From assembly GCA_012719455.1 (NCBI GenBank), contig JAAYAJ010000002.1, forward strand, positions 929 through 64,928: a DNA stretch of 64,000 bases, given 5' to 3'. This document shows, piece by piece, positions 55,015 to 63,812 of this stretch. The stretch comes from Acidobacteriota bacterium. Its GTDB lineage: Bacteria > Acidobacteriota > UBA6911. Under the pieces are notes generated by a model. That model was not told where the DNA came from, did not search any database, and was given only the letters and a program-made list of their open reading frames with translations. How positions within the stretch are numbered: the stretch's first letter is position 1; every line of letters begins with the position of its first letter. The translations under genes were made by a program, and so were the position numbers.

Positions 55015-57426
55015 ATGGACTACAGGCCCTGGACCTGGAAGGTGCCCGAAAATTACCGGGAAACGCAGCCGTCCATCCGCCGCCAGGACGCCTGGGAGAA
55101 GGTGAGCGGGAGCGCGGTCTACACCCGCGACATTACGCTGCCGGGAATGCTGTACGCCAAGATCCTGACCTCTCCTTACGCCCACGCGCGGATCACGCGC
55201 ATCGACAGCACGCGCGCCGAGGCGCTGCCGGGCGTCCGGGACGTGCTCCGGTTCACCGACCCGGACATCGCCCATGACAGCGCCACCGGGGCCTGGTACG
55301 AGATTTCGGGGAACTACGATATCCTGACCCTCCCCGGCACGGCCGACTTCTTCCAGCACCCCATGGGGGTCGCGATCACGGCCGACAGCGAGGAGGTCTG
55401 CGACCGCGCCCTGCGCCTCCTCGACATCGAATGGGAGGAGATCCCCTTCATCCTGGACATGGAGGAGTCGATCCGTCCGGACGCGCCCAAGATCATGGCC
55501 GACGTCCGGCGCACCAACGCCCATGCCCGCGAACCCAATACCATCCTGACGGAGAGTTTCACCCTCGGCGATCCGGACGGGGGATTCGCCGCGGCCGACC
55601 GGGTCCTCCGGTACAAGATCACCCGCGAGATGAACGCGCCGGTCGCAGCCGAACCCGCCGTCTGCATCGCCCAGTGGCGCGGGGATTTTCTCGACCTCTG
55701 GGTCCACCACCACGACATCCCGCACTGGTTCCTCGTCAACCCTACAGAGGCCCGGGAGCAAACGGTCCCCCCCCTCGCCGAGTGGTCCAAAATCACAGCC
55801 ACCCTTCCCTACCAGGGGTGCATGTTCGGCGGCTTCGCCTGGCTCGCCTACTCCGCCTGCTTCACCCGGCTGGCCGTCATCCTCGCCCGCCGGGCGGGCG
55901 GACGGCCCATCAAGCTCCTGTACGACGAGAGCGCCCATTACTGCCTGGGGGACGACGGCGGCACCTACAGCTGCACGGTAGGCGCGAAAAAGGACGGCAC
56001 CATCACTTCCGCCGCCTGGCACGTCGTCGGCCCGCGCAACGCCCTGGCCGAGAAGACCTACGAGGGGACGGCGATCCCCAACTTGCGCGCCACCTGCGAG
56101 TGGGGGCTCGTCAACCGGGGGCACCAGATGTGCTTCCGCCATGGGGCCAACAGCTGCGTCCCCCATGGCGTCATGTTCGACCGGGTGGCCGCGGAGTTCG
56201 GGCTCGACCCCACCGAGGTGGCGCTCCGCAACGACGGCTGCCGGGGGCACGACTGGGACTGGGTCACGCGCTACCAGAGGGAGAACGGCTTCCCCGAACG
56301 CTGGAGCCTGCGCGAGGTGATCGAGAAGGGGAAGGCGGCCATCGACTGGGACCGGAAATGGCACCCGCCGGGAACGCGAAAACTCCCGGACGGGAAAATG
56401 CACGGGATGGGCTTCATGCAAGTGCTCGAATGGACCTGGCAGGCTCCGGCGAGCGCGATGTCCTGGGCCTGCCTGATGCTGCGCAACGGCATCGTGGCCA
56501 TCGTGGGGGTCCGCAGCGACATCGGCTCCGACACCGAATCGGGCGCCCGGCACATCGTCGCCTCGGAACTGGGGCTGAAATACGAGGACACCGTAATCCA
56601 GGAGCGCCGCTCGGACAACTCGAGCTTCTACATGTGGCAGCCCGGCGGTTCCTTTTCCACCGCCTATATCAACACCCAGCTGGTCATGGCCGCCCGCGAG
56701 CTGAAGCGGAAGATCCTCGAGTACGCCGTAAGCCCCACTCCCGCCTACAACTCGAGCCACTTCTTCAAGACCGCCGGCCCCCCGGCTTTCCCCGGCCTGC
56801 GCCCGGAAGAACTCGACATCCGCGACAGCTTCGTTTTTGAAAGGGCCCGCCCGGAAAACAGGAAGACGCTGCGGGAGGTGGCCGACATCTTCTGGGACGC
56901 CGACCCGGCCCTGGCTCATCCCGTAGTCGGAACCGTCTCCGGCCTGACCATGGACGGCAATCCCGATCCGACGATGTACGTCATGGGGCGCCAGGCCCAT
57001 TTCATCGAGGCCGCGGTCGACACCGAAACGGGGATGGTCGACATCATGCGCATCGTCTGCGTCAACGACGTAGGGCACCTGTTCAACCCGCGCGGAGCCC
57101 AAGCCCAGCAGTACGGCGGGGCCCTGATGGGGCTCGGCCGGAGCGCCACGGAGGAGCAGGTCTGGTGTCCACGCACCGGGGTGGGTCTGAATTTCGACCT
57201 GGCCCAGTACCACATCGGGACGATGAACGACTACCCGCCGGCCGAGTGCCTCGTCGTCGAGAGCCACCTGGGGTACGCCGCCTTCGGCGCCTTCGGCATA
57301 GGGGAGAACGTGGGGGCGGCCATGTCGGGCATCACCGCCTCGGCCATCTACAACGCGACCGGGAAATGGGTCTCGGACTACCCGACCACCCCCGACCGGG
57401 TGCTGCGGGCGCTCGGCAGGATCTGA
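55015..57426 (+). CDS. Xanthine dehydrogenase/aldehyde oxidase-family molybdopterin-binding large subunit. No adjacent FeS or FAD small subunits.
   Basis: N-terminal a/b-hammerhead ...WEKVSGSAVYTRDITLPGMLYAKILTSPYAHARI. 803 aa Ald_Xan_dh_C-type body. Confidence 0.85.
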   Translation: MDYRPWTWKVPENYRETQPSIRRQDAWEKVSGSAVYTRDITLPGMLYAKILTSPYAHARITRIDSTRAEALPGVRDVLRFTDPDIAHDSATGAWYEISGNYDILTLPGTADFFQHPMGVAITADSEEVCDRALRLLDIEWEEIPFILDMEESIRPDAPKIMADVRRTNAHAREPNTILTESFTLGDPDGGFAAADRVLRYKITREMNAPVAAEPAVCIAQWRGDFLDLWVHHHDIPHWFLVNPTEAREQTVPPLAEWSKITATLPYQGCMFGGFAWLAYSACFTRLAVILARRAGGRPIKLLYDESAHYCLGDDGGTYSCTVGAKKDGTITSAAWHVVGPRNALAEKTYEGTAIPNLRATCEWGLVNRGHQMCFRHGANSCVPHGVMFDRVAAEFGLDPTEVALRNDGCRGHDWDWVTRYQRENGFPERWSLREVIEKGKAAIDWDRKWHPPGTRKLPDGKMHGMGFMQVLEWTWQAPASAMSWACLMLRNGIVAIVGVRSDIGSDTESGARHIVASELGLKYEDTVIQERRSDNSSFYMWQPGGSFSTAYINTQLVMAARELKRKILEYAVSPTPAYNSSHFFKTAGPPAFPGLRPEELDIRDSFVFERARPENRKTLREVADIFWDADPALAHPVVGTVSGLTMDGNPDPTMYVMGRQAHFIEAAVDTETGMVDIMRIVCVNDVGHLFNPRGAQAQQYGGALMGLGRSATEEQVWCPRTGVGLNFDLAQYHIGTMNDYPPAECLVVESHLGYAAFGAFGIGENVGAAMSGITASAIYNATGKWVSDYPTTPDRVLRALGRI

Positions 57427-57435
57427 CAGCCGGCG

Positions 57436-58650
57436 TCAGCGCCCGCCGCGGAAGCCCGGGAAGGGGGAGAGCGCCCGGTCGAGCACCCCGAGGGAGTAGG
57501 TGATCGCCACGCCGTAGTTGGTGATCGGGACCCCGGCTTCGCGGCAGCGCAGGATGCGCGAGAGCACCTCCCGGCGGTTGAGCATGCAGGAACCGCAGTG
57601 GATGACCAGTTGGTAGGCGCCGATCTCCTCGGGGAAATCGTGCCCCTGCAGGTGGACGAATTCCAGGTCGGCCCCCGTGTACTGACGGATCCAGCGCGGG
57701 ATCTTGACCCTGCCGATGTCCTCGCCGATGGGGTGGTGGGCGCACGATTCCAGGACCAGGACCCGGTCCCCCGCCCGCAATCGGTCGACCGCCTTTACCC
57801 CGCGCACGAACTCCGCCAGGTCCCCCTTGAGCCGGGCGAAGAGGATGGAAAAGGAGGTCAACGGGACCCCGTCGGGCACGTCCCCGGCCACCCGCAGGAA
57901 GACCTGGGAATCGGTCACGACCAACGCCGGGGACTCACGGAGCCGGCCGAGCGCGGTGCGCAGCTCCCGCTCCTTGACCACCAGGCAGCAGGAGTCGTGG
58001 TCCAGAACGTCACGGATCGACTGCACCTGGGGGAGGATGAGCCGGCCGCGCGGAGCTTCCAGGTCGATGGGGACCACGAGCACGACCATGGACCCCGGCG
58101 CGATCAGGTCCCCCAGGATCGGCGGAGCCTCCAGGAACTCTTCAGGGGCCGACCGGACCAGGGCTTCGCGCAACCCGCCGATTCCGCGCCCGAGGCCGGC
58201 GGCCGTGACCACCACCGGGATCTTCCTCTTTTCGAGGTCCCGCAGGGTTGCGGGAGCGGGAGCGCCCAGGTCGGACTTGTTGAACACGACGATGACGGGG
58301 ATCTTCCGCCGCTCGAGTTCCCCGAGGACCCCCTCCTCGAACGAGCCCCAGTCCGCCCCCGCCGCCACGAGGATCCCCAGGTCGGTCCGCTCGAACACCT
58401 GCCGCGTGCGCCCCGCACGTACCTCCCCGAGCGCGCCCTCATCGTCGATCCCCGCGGTGTCGATGAACAGGACCGGGCCGAGCGGCGGCAGTTCCATCGG
58501 CTTTTCCACCGGGTCGGTCGTGGTTCCGGGAACGTCGGAAACGATCGACACCTCCTGGCGCGTGAGCGCGTTCAGGAGCGAGGACTTCCCCACGTTGCGG
58601 CGGCCGAACAGGCCGATGTGCACTCGCATCCCCTTGGGCGTAGCTTTCAT
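57436..58650 (-). CDS. hydF: [FeFe]-hydrogenase maturation GTPase HydF.
   Basis: G1 LFGRRNVGKSSLLNAL; G3 DTAGID; NKSD G4. C-terminal cluster-binding CAHHP...HCGSCMLNRRE (CxH...HCxxC) and a ...YGVAI-type C-terminus. Start at internal M83. Confidence 0.85.
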   Translation of the reverse strand: MKATPKGMRVHIGLFGRRNVGKSSLLNALTRQEVSIVSDVPGTTTDPVEKPMELPPLGPVLFIDTAGIDDEGALGEVRAGRTRQVFERTDLGILVAAGADWGSFEEGVLGELERRKIPVIVVFNKSDLGAPAPATLRDLEKRKIPVVVTAAGLGRGIGGLREALVRSAPEEFLEAPPILGDLIAPGSMVVLVVPIDLEAPRGRLILPQVQSIRDVLDHDSCCLVVKERELRTALGRLRESPALVVTDSQVFLRVAGDVPDGVPLTSFSILFARLKGDLAEFVRGVKAVDRLRAGDRVLVLESCAHHPIGEDIGRVKIPRWIRQYTGADLEFVHLQGHDFPEEIGAYQLVIHCGSCMLNRREVLSRILRCREAGVPITNYGVAITYSLGVLDRALSPFPGFRGGR

Positions 58651-58753
58651 TCCTTTTCCTCCGGCGGAGGGCACCCCGCCCGCATGATACAGTCGGGGGT
58701 GCGCTCGGCGCCTCGAACTCCACGCGGAAGATCTGCTCCCGGGGCTCGCAGCT

Positions 58754-60178
58754 TCAGAAAATGAGGTCCCTCTCCCCGGCAGCCCGTATGCGCGCAAGGC
58801 GATTCTCGATCTCGTCCCGGTCGGCCGCCGGTCCAAGACGCTCGAGCTCGGCGCGGATGAGGGCTTCCCCGGCGGCGCGGGTCCCGGGCGAGGCATAATC
58901 GGCCAGGTACTCCTGGAGCGTCATCAGGGCGTTGGGGGTGCAGTAGCGCTTGATGAACCCCGGGACGGCAAACTCCATGAAGTGTTCGCCCGTCCGGCCG
59001 AGCCGGTAGCAGGCGGTGCAGAAGCTGGGGAGGTAACCGTCCTCGATCAGCTCGCGCATCACCGCGTCGAGGCTGCGGGTGTCCCCCAGTTCGAACTGTT
59101 CCCGGTCCCTGACCTGGCGGGCGTCCCGGTAGGTGTAGCCGCCGATCTCGATACGGCTGCCGGCGTCGATCTGGGAGACGCCGAGAGCCAGGAGCTCGCG
59201 CCGGAGCCTGGCCGGCTCCCGCGCGGTCAGGATCAGCCCGGTATAGGGGACCGCCAACCGGAGGGTGGCGATCACCCGGCGGAAATCGTCGTCCGCGATC
59301 GACCCCATTCCGGCCGGCTCCACGCCGCTGGCGGGCCGCAGTCGCGGGAAACTGATGGTGTGGGGGCCGACGCCGTACCGCCCGCGCAGGTACACGGCGT
59401 GCGCCACGAGCCCCAGGACCTCGAAGCGCCAGTCGTGCAGGCCGAACAGGACGCCGATGCCGACATCGTCGCACCCGGCCTCCAGCGCCCGGCTCAGGCC
59501 GTCGAGGCGGTAGGCGTAGTCCCCCTTCCGGCTGCCGCGGGCGTGTACGCGACGGTAGGTGCCGTGGTGATAGGTCTCCTGGAAGATCTGGTAGGTGCCG
59601 ATCCCCGCGGCCTTGATGGTGCGGTAGCCCTCCACGTCCATCGGGGCCGCGTTGATGTTGACCCTGCGGATCTCCCCGCGCCCCTTCCTCACCCCGTAGA
59701 CCGTGCGCACCTGCTCGGCGATGAATTCCGCATCGTATTTCGGGTGCTCTCCGAAGACCAGGATGAGGCGCTTGTGTCCCGCGTCTTCCAACCGTTCCAC
59801 CTGATCGCGCAGCTCGTCGGGAGTGAGGGTGCGGCGCACCGCCAGCGGGTTGCTGCGCCGGAAGCCGCAGTAGACGCAGTCGTTAACGCAGTCGTTGCCG
59901 ACGTAGAGCGGGGCGAAGAGCACGATGCGGTTGCCGTAGACAGTTTCCTTCAGGGTCCGGGCGGCGCCGAAAATCATCTCGAGCAACCCGGGGTCCTCCG
60001 TCCGCAGGAGCGCGGCCGTCTCTTCGACCGTGAGCGGCTCCTTTTCAAGGCTCTTGGCGATGACGTCCTGGACCGTTTCCCGATCGGGCGCGGGCCCCTC
60101 GAGCAGCGAGGAAAGGTAGGCGTCGTCGATGAAATCGACCGCGCCCGGGCTGGTTTTCAATGCAGGCAATCCAGACAT
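58754..60178 (-). CDS. hydG: [FeFe]-hydrogenase H-cluster radical-SAM maturase HydG (ThiH-like with a C-terminal auxiliary-cluster motif).
   Basis: Radical SAM CVNDCVYCGF. ThiH/BioB-like body. C-terminal SFCTACYRLGRTGEHFMEFAVPGFIKRYCTPN (CxxCx22C) distinguishes HydG from ThiH. Confidence 0.85.
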   Translation of the reverse strand: MSGLPALKTSPGAVDFIDDAYLSSLLEGPAPDRETVQDVIAKSLEKEPLTVEETAALLRTEDPGLLEMIFGAARTLKETVYGNRIVLFAPLYVGNDCVNDCVYCGFRRSNPLAVRRTLTPDELRDQVERLEDAGHKRLILVFGEHPKYDAEFIAEQVRTVYGVRKGRGEIRRVNINAAPMDVEGYRTIKAAGIGTYQIFQETYHHGTYRRVHARGSRKGDYAYRLDGLSRALEAGCDDVGIGVLFGLHDWRFEVLGLVAHAVYLRGRYGVGPHTISFPRLRPASGVEPAGMGSIADDDFRRVIATLRLAVPYTGLILTAREPARLRRELLALGVSQIDAGSRIEIGGYTYRDARQVRDREQFELGDTRSLDAVMRELIEDGYLPSFCTACYRLGRTGEHFMEFAVPGFIKRYCTPNALMTLQEYLADYASPGTRAAGEALIRAELERLGPAADRDEIENRLARIRAAGERDLIF

Positions 60179-60189
60179 GCAAAACCCCG

Positions 60190-61329
60190 TTATCGGGAAG
60201 CATTCGCGGAACCCGGGCGCAGCACCACGCTGAAGGTGCTGCCGACGTCGGGGCGGCTCTCCACGGAAATGTCACCATCGTACAGCGTGACAATTTTTTT
60301 GAGCGTCGACAAACCGAGCCCGCTTCCCGAGATGTGCCGGGTCTTGTCGTTCTTGATGCGAGAGAAATCGCGGAACAGCCGCTGACATTCTTCGGGGGTC
60401 ATGCCGATGCCCGAATCTTCCACGTCGAGGCGGATCTCGTCTTCCACCTCCTGGACCCGAACGCCGACCCGGCCCCCGTCCCGGTTGTATTTCACGGCGT
60501 TGGATACGAGGTTGTTGAAGATCATCTCGATCTCGGCCCGGTCGGCCTCTATCCCGGCTCCCTCCGGCAGGTCCAGGTCGATCGTGATGCCGCGCCGCGC
60601 GGCTTCGGCCTTCACGTTTTCCACCGCCTGGCGGGCGATCTCGCCCAGGTCCACCGTCGCGATCACCCGCTGGCGCTGCCCGGATTCAATGGAGGTCATG
60701 TCGAGCAGGTCCGATATGAGCTTACGCATCCCCTCGATGCGCACGAGGCAACGGTCCACGATGTGGTCATAATCCGCGAGCGTTTCACCGACCGCGCGCT
60801 CGCGCATCATCTGCAGGTAACCCTCGATGGCGGAGATGGGCGCCTTCATCTCGTGCGCCAGGACGCTGACGAACTGGAACCGGACCTGGCGCTTTTCCTC
60901 CGCCAGGCGCCGCGCCTGGCGCTGCAGGATCAGGTGCCGCGCCGCCTTCCGGACCGCGCCCCGGAGTTCTTCCGGCGTAAAGGGTTTGGCGAGAAAATCA
61001 TAGGCCCCCCGCCGCGTGGCGGTCACCGCCGTGTCGAGCGATGCGTACGCGGTGATCATGATGACCAGCAGGTCCAGGGGCTGTTTCATGAGCCGGTCCA
61101 GGATGTCGAGTCCCGTCGTATCCGGCAGCTTGTAGTCGAGGATCACGATGTCGGGCTGCTCCTCGGCCATCCTCTCGTCGAATTCCCTGCCGTCGGCCGC
61201 CGTGCGGATGTTGAAACTGACGTCGCCGTTGATGTCGTGCAGGTGCAGGTGCATTTTGCGCAGGGCGCGCTCCGCCCCCCGGCGCATCCCGTATTCGTCG
61301 TCCACGATGAGAATATTGAGGAGATCCAC
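60190..61329 (-). CDS. Hybrid sensor: N-terminal response-regulator receiver fused to a histidine kinase (HisKA plus HATPase_c). Probable GTG start.
   Basis: Receiver ILIVDDEYGMRR...DIVILDYKLPDTTGLDIL; H-box SVLAHEMKAPI; N/G boxes NLVSNAVKYN, GSGLGLST. Confidence 0.8.
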   Translation of the reverse strand: MDLLNILIVDDEYGMRRGAERALRKMHLHLHDINGDVSFNIRTAADGREFDERMAEEQPDIVILDYKLPDTTGLDILDRLMKQPLDLLVIMITAYASLDTAVTATRRGAYDFLAKPFTPEELRGAVRKAARHLILQRQARRLAEEKRQVRFQFVSVLAHEMKAPISAIEGYLQMMRERAVGETLADYDHIVDRCLVRIEGMRKLISDLLDMTSIESGQRQRVIATVDLGEIARQAVENVKAEAARRGITIDLDLPEGAGIEADRAEIEMIFNNLVSNAVKYNRDGGRVGVRVQEVEDEIRLDVEDSGIGMTPEECQRLFRDFSRIKNDKTRHISGSGLGLSTLKKIVTLYDGDISVESRPDVGSTFSVVLRPGSANASR

Positions 61330-61345
61330 TACCGGCGCCTTTCCG

Positions 61346-61729
61346 CTACTGGACTTCTTTCAGGAGACGGTCCACCTCATCGGCCAGGATGCGGGGATTG
61401 ACCGGCTTGTTCAGGAACGTGCTCACCGGCAGCCAGGTCTCGTCGGGCGTAAAACCGAACTGCAGGTCCATCTCCTTGCTGATGCCCGTCAGCATGACCA
61501 GCGGCATCTTGGGATAGCTCGCGTGGAGCTCGCGCGCGAGCTCGAAACCCGCGGTCTTGTCCTCCATCATGACGTCCAGCACCGCCAGGTCCGGGACCTC
61601 GGCCGCCACCGCCCGCCTCGCTTCGGCCGCCGAGAAGGAGACCGTGACCCTGTGCCCGCGCTGGGCGAGAACCGTCCGATTCATCTCGATAATGTCCTGG
61701 TCGTCGTCGACCAACAGAATGTGAGCCAT
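61346..61729 (-). CDS. Single-domain (CheY-like) response-regulator receiver.
   Basis: MAHILLVDDDQDII...DLAVLDVMME...LVMLTG...KP. RBS aggagg. Confidence 0.8.
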   Translation of the reverse strand: MAHILLVDDDQDIIEMNRTVLAQRGHRVTVSFSAAEARRAVAAEVPDLAVLDVMMEDKTAGFELARELHASYPKMPLVMLTGISKEMDLQFGFTPDETWLPVSTFLNKPVNPRILADEVDRLLKEVQ

Positions 61730-61759
61730 TGCAGCCTCCTTTTCAGAAACACGCCCGGC

Positions 61760-63760
61760 CTACTCGTCCCGCGACCTCCGCGGAAGCCTGACCGTGAATT
61801 GAGTTCCCGTCGGTCCCGCTGACGGATCGCTGTTGGACACCATGGTAATGTCCCCCCTGTGCATCTTAACAATTCCGTAGGTTACGGCAAGTCCCAGGCC
61901 GGTCCCCTTCCCGATCTGCTTGGTGGTGAAGAAGGGCTCGAAGATCTTGGCCTGGTTGTCCTTGGGCACGCCGATGCCGGTGTCGGCGACCGCGAAGCGG
62001 ACCGCGTCGGCGTCCCCTTCGGCCGTCACCAGGACGCTCCCCCCGTCCGGCATCGCTTCGCAGGCGTTGCCGAACAGGTTGGTGAGGACCTGGTTGATCT
62101 GGTCGGGATCCAGGTCGACCACCGGGTCCTCGATCCGGAGCTCCACCCGCGCTTCGATGTTGGCGGGAAAGGGGTAGGCCTTGACCGCGTGCCGCAGCAG
62201 TTCACCCAAATCGACGGTCCGCAGCACGGCCTTGTTCTGGCGGGCGAAGTGGAGCAGCCGGACCACGATCTTCTTGCAGCGGTCCGCCTGCTCGGCGATC
62301 ATGTCCAGGTCTTCCTTCCACTCCGGGTGTTCCCCTGCCTCCTCGAGCAGCATGTGGGCGTGCATCAGGACGATCCCGAGCGGGTTGTTGACCTCGTGGG
62401 CCACCCCGGCGGCCAGCTGCCCCATGCTGGCGAGCCTTTCGGAGTGCATCAGCGCCTCCTGCGTGCTGATGAGCTGCTCGTGGGACTCCTCCAGCTGCTG
62501 GTTGATGTCCCGGAGCTTCTCGATCGTGTACGGAAGGCACATCTCCGTTTCGGCCAGGTGGCGGTGGATGGCGATGGCGTGTTCCACGCAGGTGTCGTAG
62601 CCGCAGGCGCCGCAGTTCAGTTCATCCTCGGACCGCAGCTTCCCCATGCGCGCGAGGATGGCCGTCACCTCCTCCCGCGAGGGCTGGGAGATGCGCTGGT
62701 CGTAGGGGCTGAATTTCCGCCTTAAATCGACATCGCGGAAGCGCTCCATGTCGGCCTCCCAGCGCTTCCGCCGCTCCTCATCCCGGCAGCGGTCCCTGAC
62801 GTACCGGCCCACCAGGCTCCGGCGCCAGAAGAGGCTCGTATCCACCGTCATGCCGGCCCCCATGATGCAGCCGTTGCAGCAGAGGACCTCGAGCAGGCGC
62901 ACGTCCAGGCTGCTCGATTCCGCCGCCTGGATCGCCTCGACGAAATTGGTCCGCCCGTCCGTGGCCAAGATCTCCCCCTGCATCAGGTCTTCCCTGATGT
63001 CGGCCGCCTGCAGCAGCCCCCGGCTGATGGGGAAAAGCCCCCCGGAGCCGCTCCAGGGCGGGTCGAAATCCCCGCCCGTCACGGTGTCCGGCGCGATCCC
63101 GGCGCCGGAGAACATCTGGCGCAACTCGGCGAACGTCAGCACCGCCGCGACCTCGCCGTCGAGCTCCTTGCTGGCCGCCTCCCCCTTCTTGGCGATGCAG
63201 GGACCGATAAAAACCACGGGGACCCCGGGCCCGTACAGCCGCTTCAGCACGCGGGCGGCGGCCACCATCGGGGAGACGATGGGGGCCAAGCGGGGAACCA
63301 GGTCCGGGTAGTACCTCTCGACGTAGCCCACCAAGGCAGGGCAGGTGGAAGCAATGTAGTGGCTGTAGGGGGGGTGTTCCAGGAGCTCCCGGTAACCCCG
63401 GGCCACCAGGTCGGCGGCAAAGCCGACCTCGTGCACGTAGCGGAAACCCAGGGCCCGGATCATCCCGACGACGGCCTCGGGGGGACACTCCTCGAACTCG
63501 GCGGCGAAACTCGGGGCGACGATGGCGGCAACGGCGGCGTGGCGTCCGAAAAGGGCCTCCACGTCATGGGTCCCGTCGAGCACCTGCTTGGCACCCTGGC
63601 TGCACACGCTGGCGCAGTTTCCGCACCCGATGCACCGTTCGGGGATCACGCGGGCCTGGCCCTCGGAAATGCCTATGGCCTTGGCGGGGCATTCGCGCAC
63701 GCACGTGTAGCATACGCGGCAGCGCTCCTTGATCGTTTGTACGAAACATGCCGCCTGCAT
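61760..63760 (-). CDS. Sensory (HydS/Group-C-like) [FeFe]-hydrogenase domain fused to a histidine kinase.
   Basis: N-terminal 2x[4Fe-4S] motifs CRVCYTCVRECP / CIGCGNCASVCS. H-cluster-like motifs ASTCPALV (L1), IGPCIAKKGE (L2), EVLCCNGCIMG (L3). Accessory C-x2-C-x4-C-x16-C (NCGACGYDTCVEH...EMCLPY). H-box GVAHEVNNPLG; HATPase GTGLGLAVTYG. Confidence 0.8.
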   Translation of the reverse strand: MQAACFVQTIKERCRVCYTCVRECPAKAIGISEGQARVIPERCIGCGNCASVCSQGAKQVLDGTHDVEALFGRHAAVAAIVAPSFAAEFEECPPEAVVGMIRALGFRYVHEVGFAADLVARGYRELLEHPPYSHYIASTCPALVGYVERYYPDLVPRLAPIVSPMVAAARVLKRLYGPGVPVVFIGPCIAKKGEAASKELDGEVAAVLTFAELRQMFSGAGIAPDTVTGGDFDPPWSGSGGLFPISRGLLQAADIREDLMQGEILATDGRTNFVEAIQAAESSSLDVRLLEVLCCNGCIMGAGMTVDTSLFWRRSLVGRYVRDRCRDEERRKRWEADMERFRDVDLRRKFSPYDQRISQPSREEVTAILARMGKLRSEDELNCGACGYDTCVEHAIAIHRHLAETEMCLPYTIEKLRDINQQLEESHEQLISTQEALMHSERLASMGQLAAGVAHEVNNPLGIVLMHAHMLLEEAGEHPEWKEDLDMIAEQADRCKKIVVRLLHFARQNKAVLRTVDLGELLRHAVKAYPFPANIEARVELRIEDPVVDLDPDQINQVLTNLFGNACEAMPDGGSVLVTAEGDADAVRFAVADTGIGVPKDNQAKIFEPFFTTKQIGKGTGLGLAVTYGIVKMHRGDITMVSNSDPSAGPTGTQFTVRLPRRSRDE

Positions 63761-63812
63761 GATGGCTCCGTCCGGCTCCGACCGGCCCGCCCGGAGGCGG
63801 ATCCGCCTTGGT

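Noticed and set aside
58982-61401. Plus-strand ORFs 58982..60385 and 60160..61401 across hydG and the hybrid kinase.
   Set aside because: They run antisense to genes with unambiguous HydG and HisKA/HATPase motifs. The translations are Arg/Gly/Pro/Asp-rich noise.
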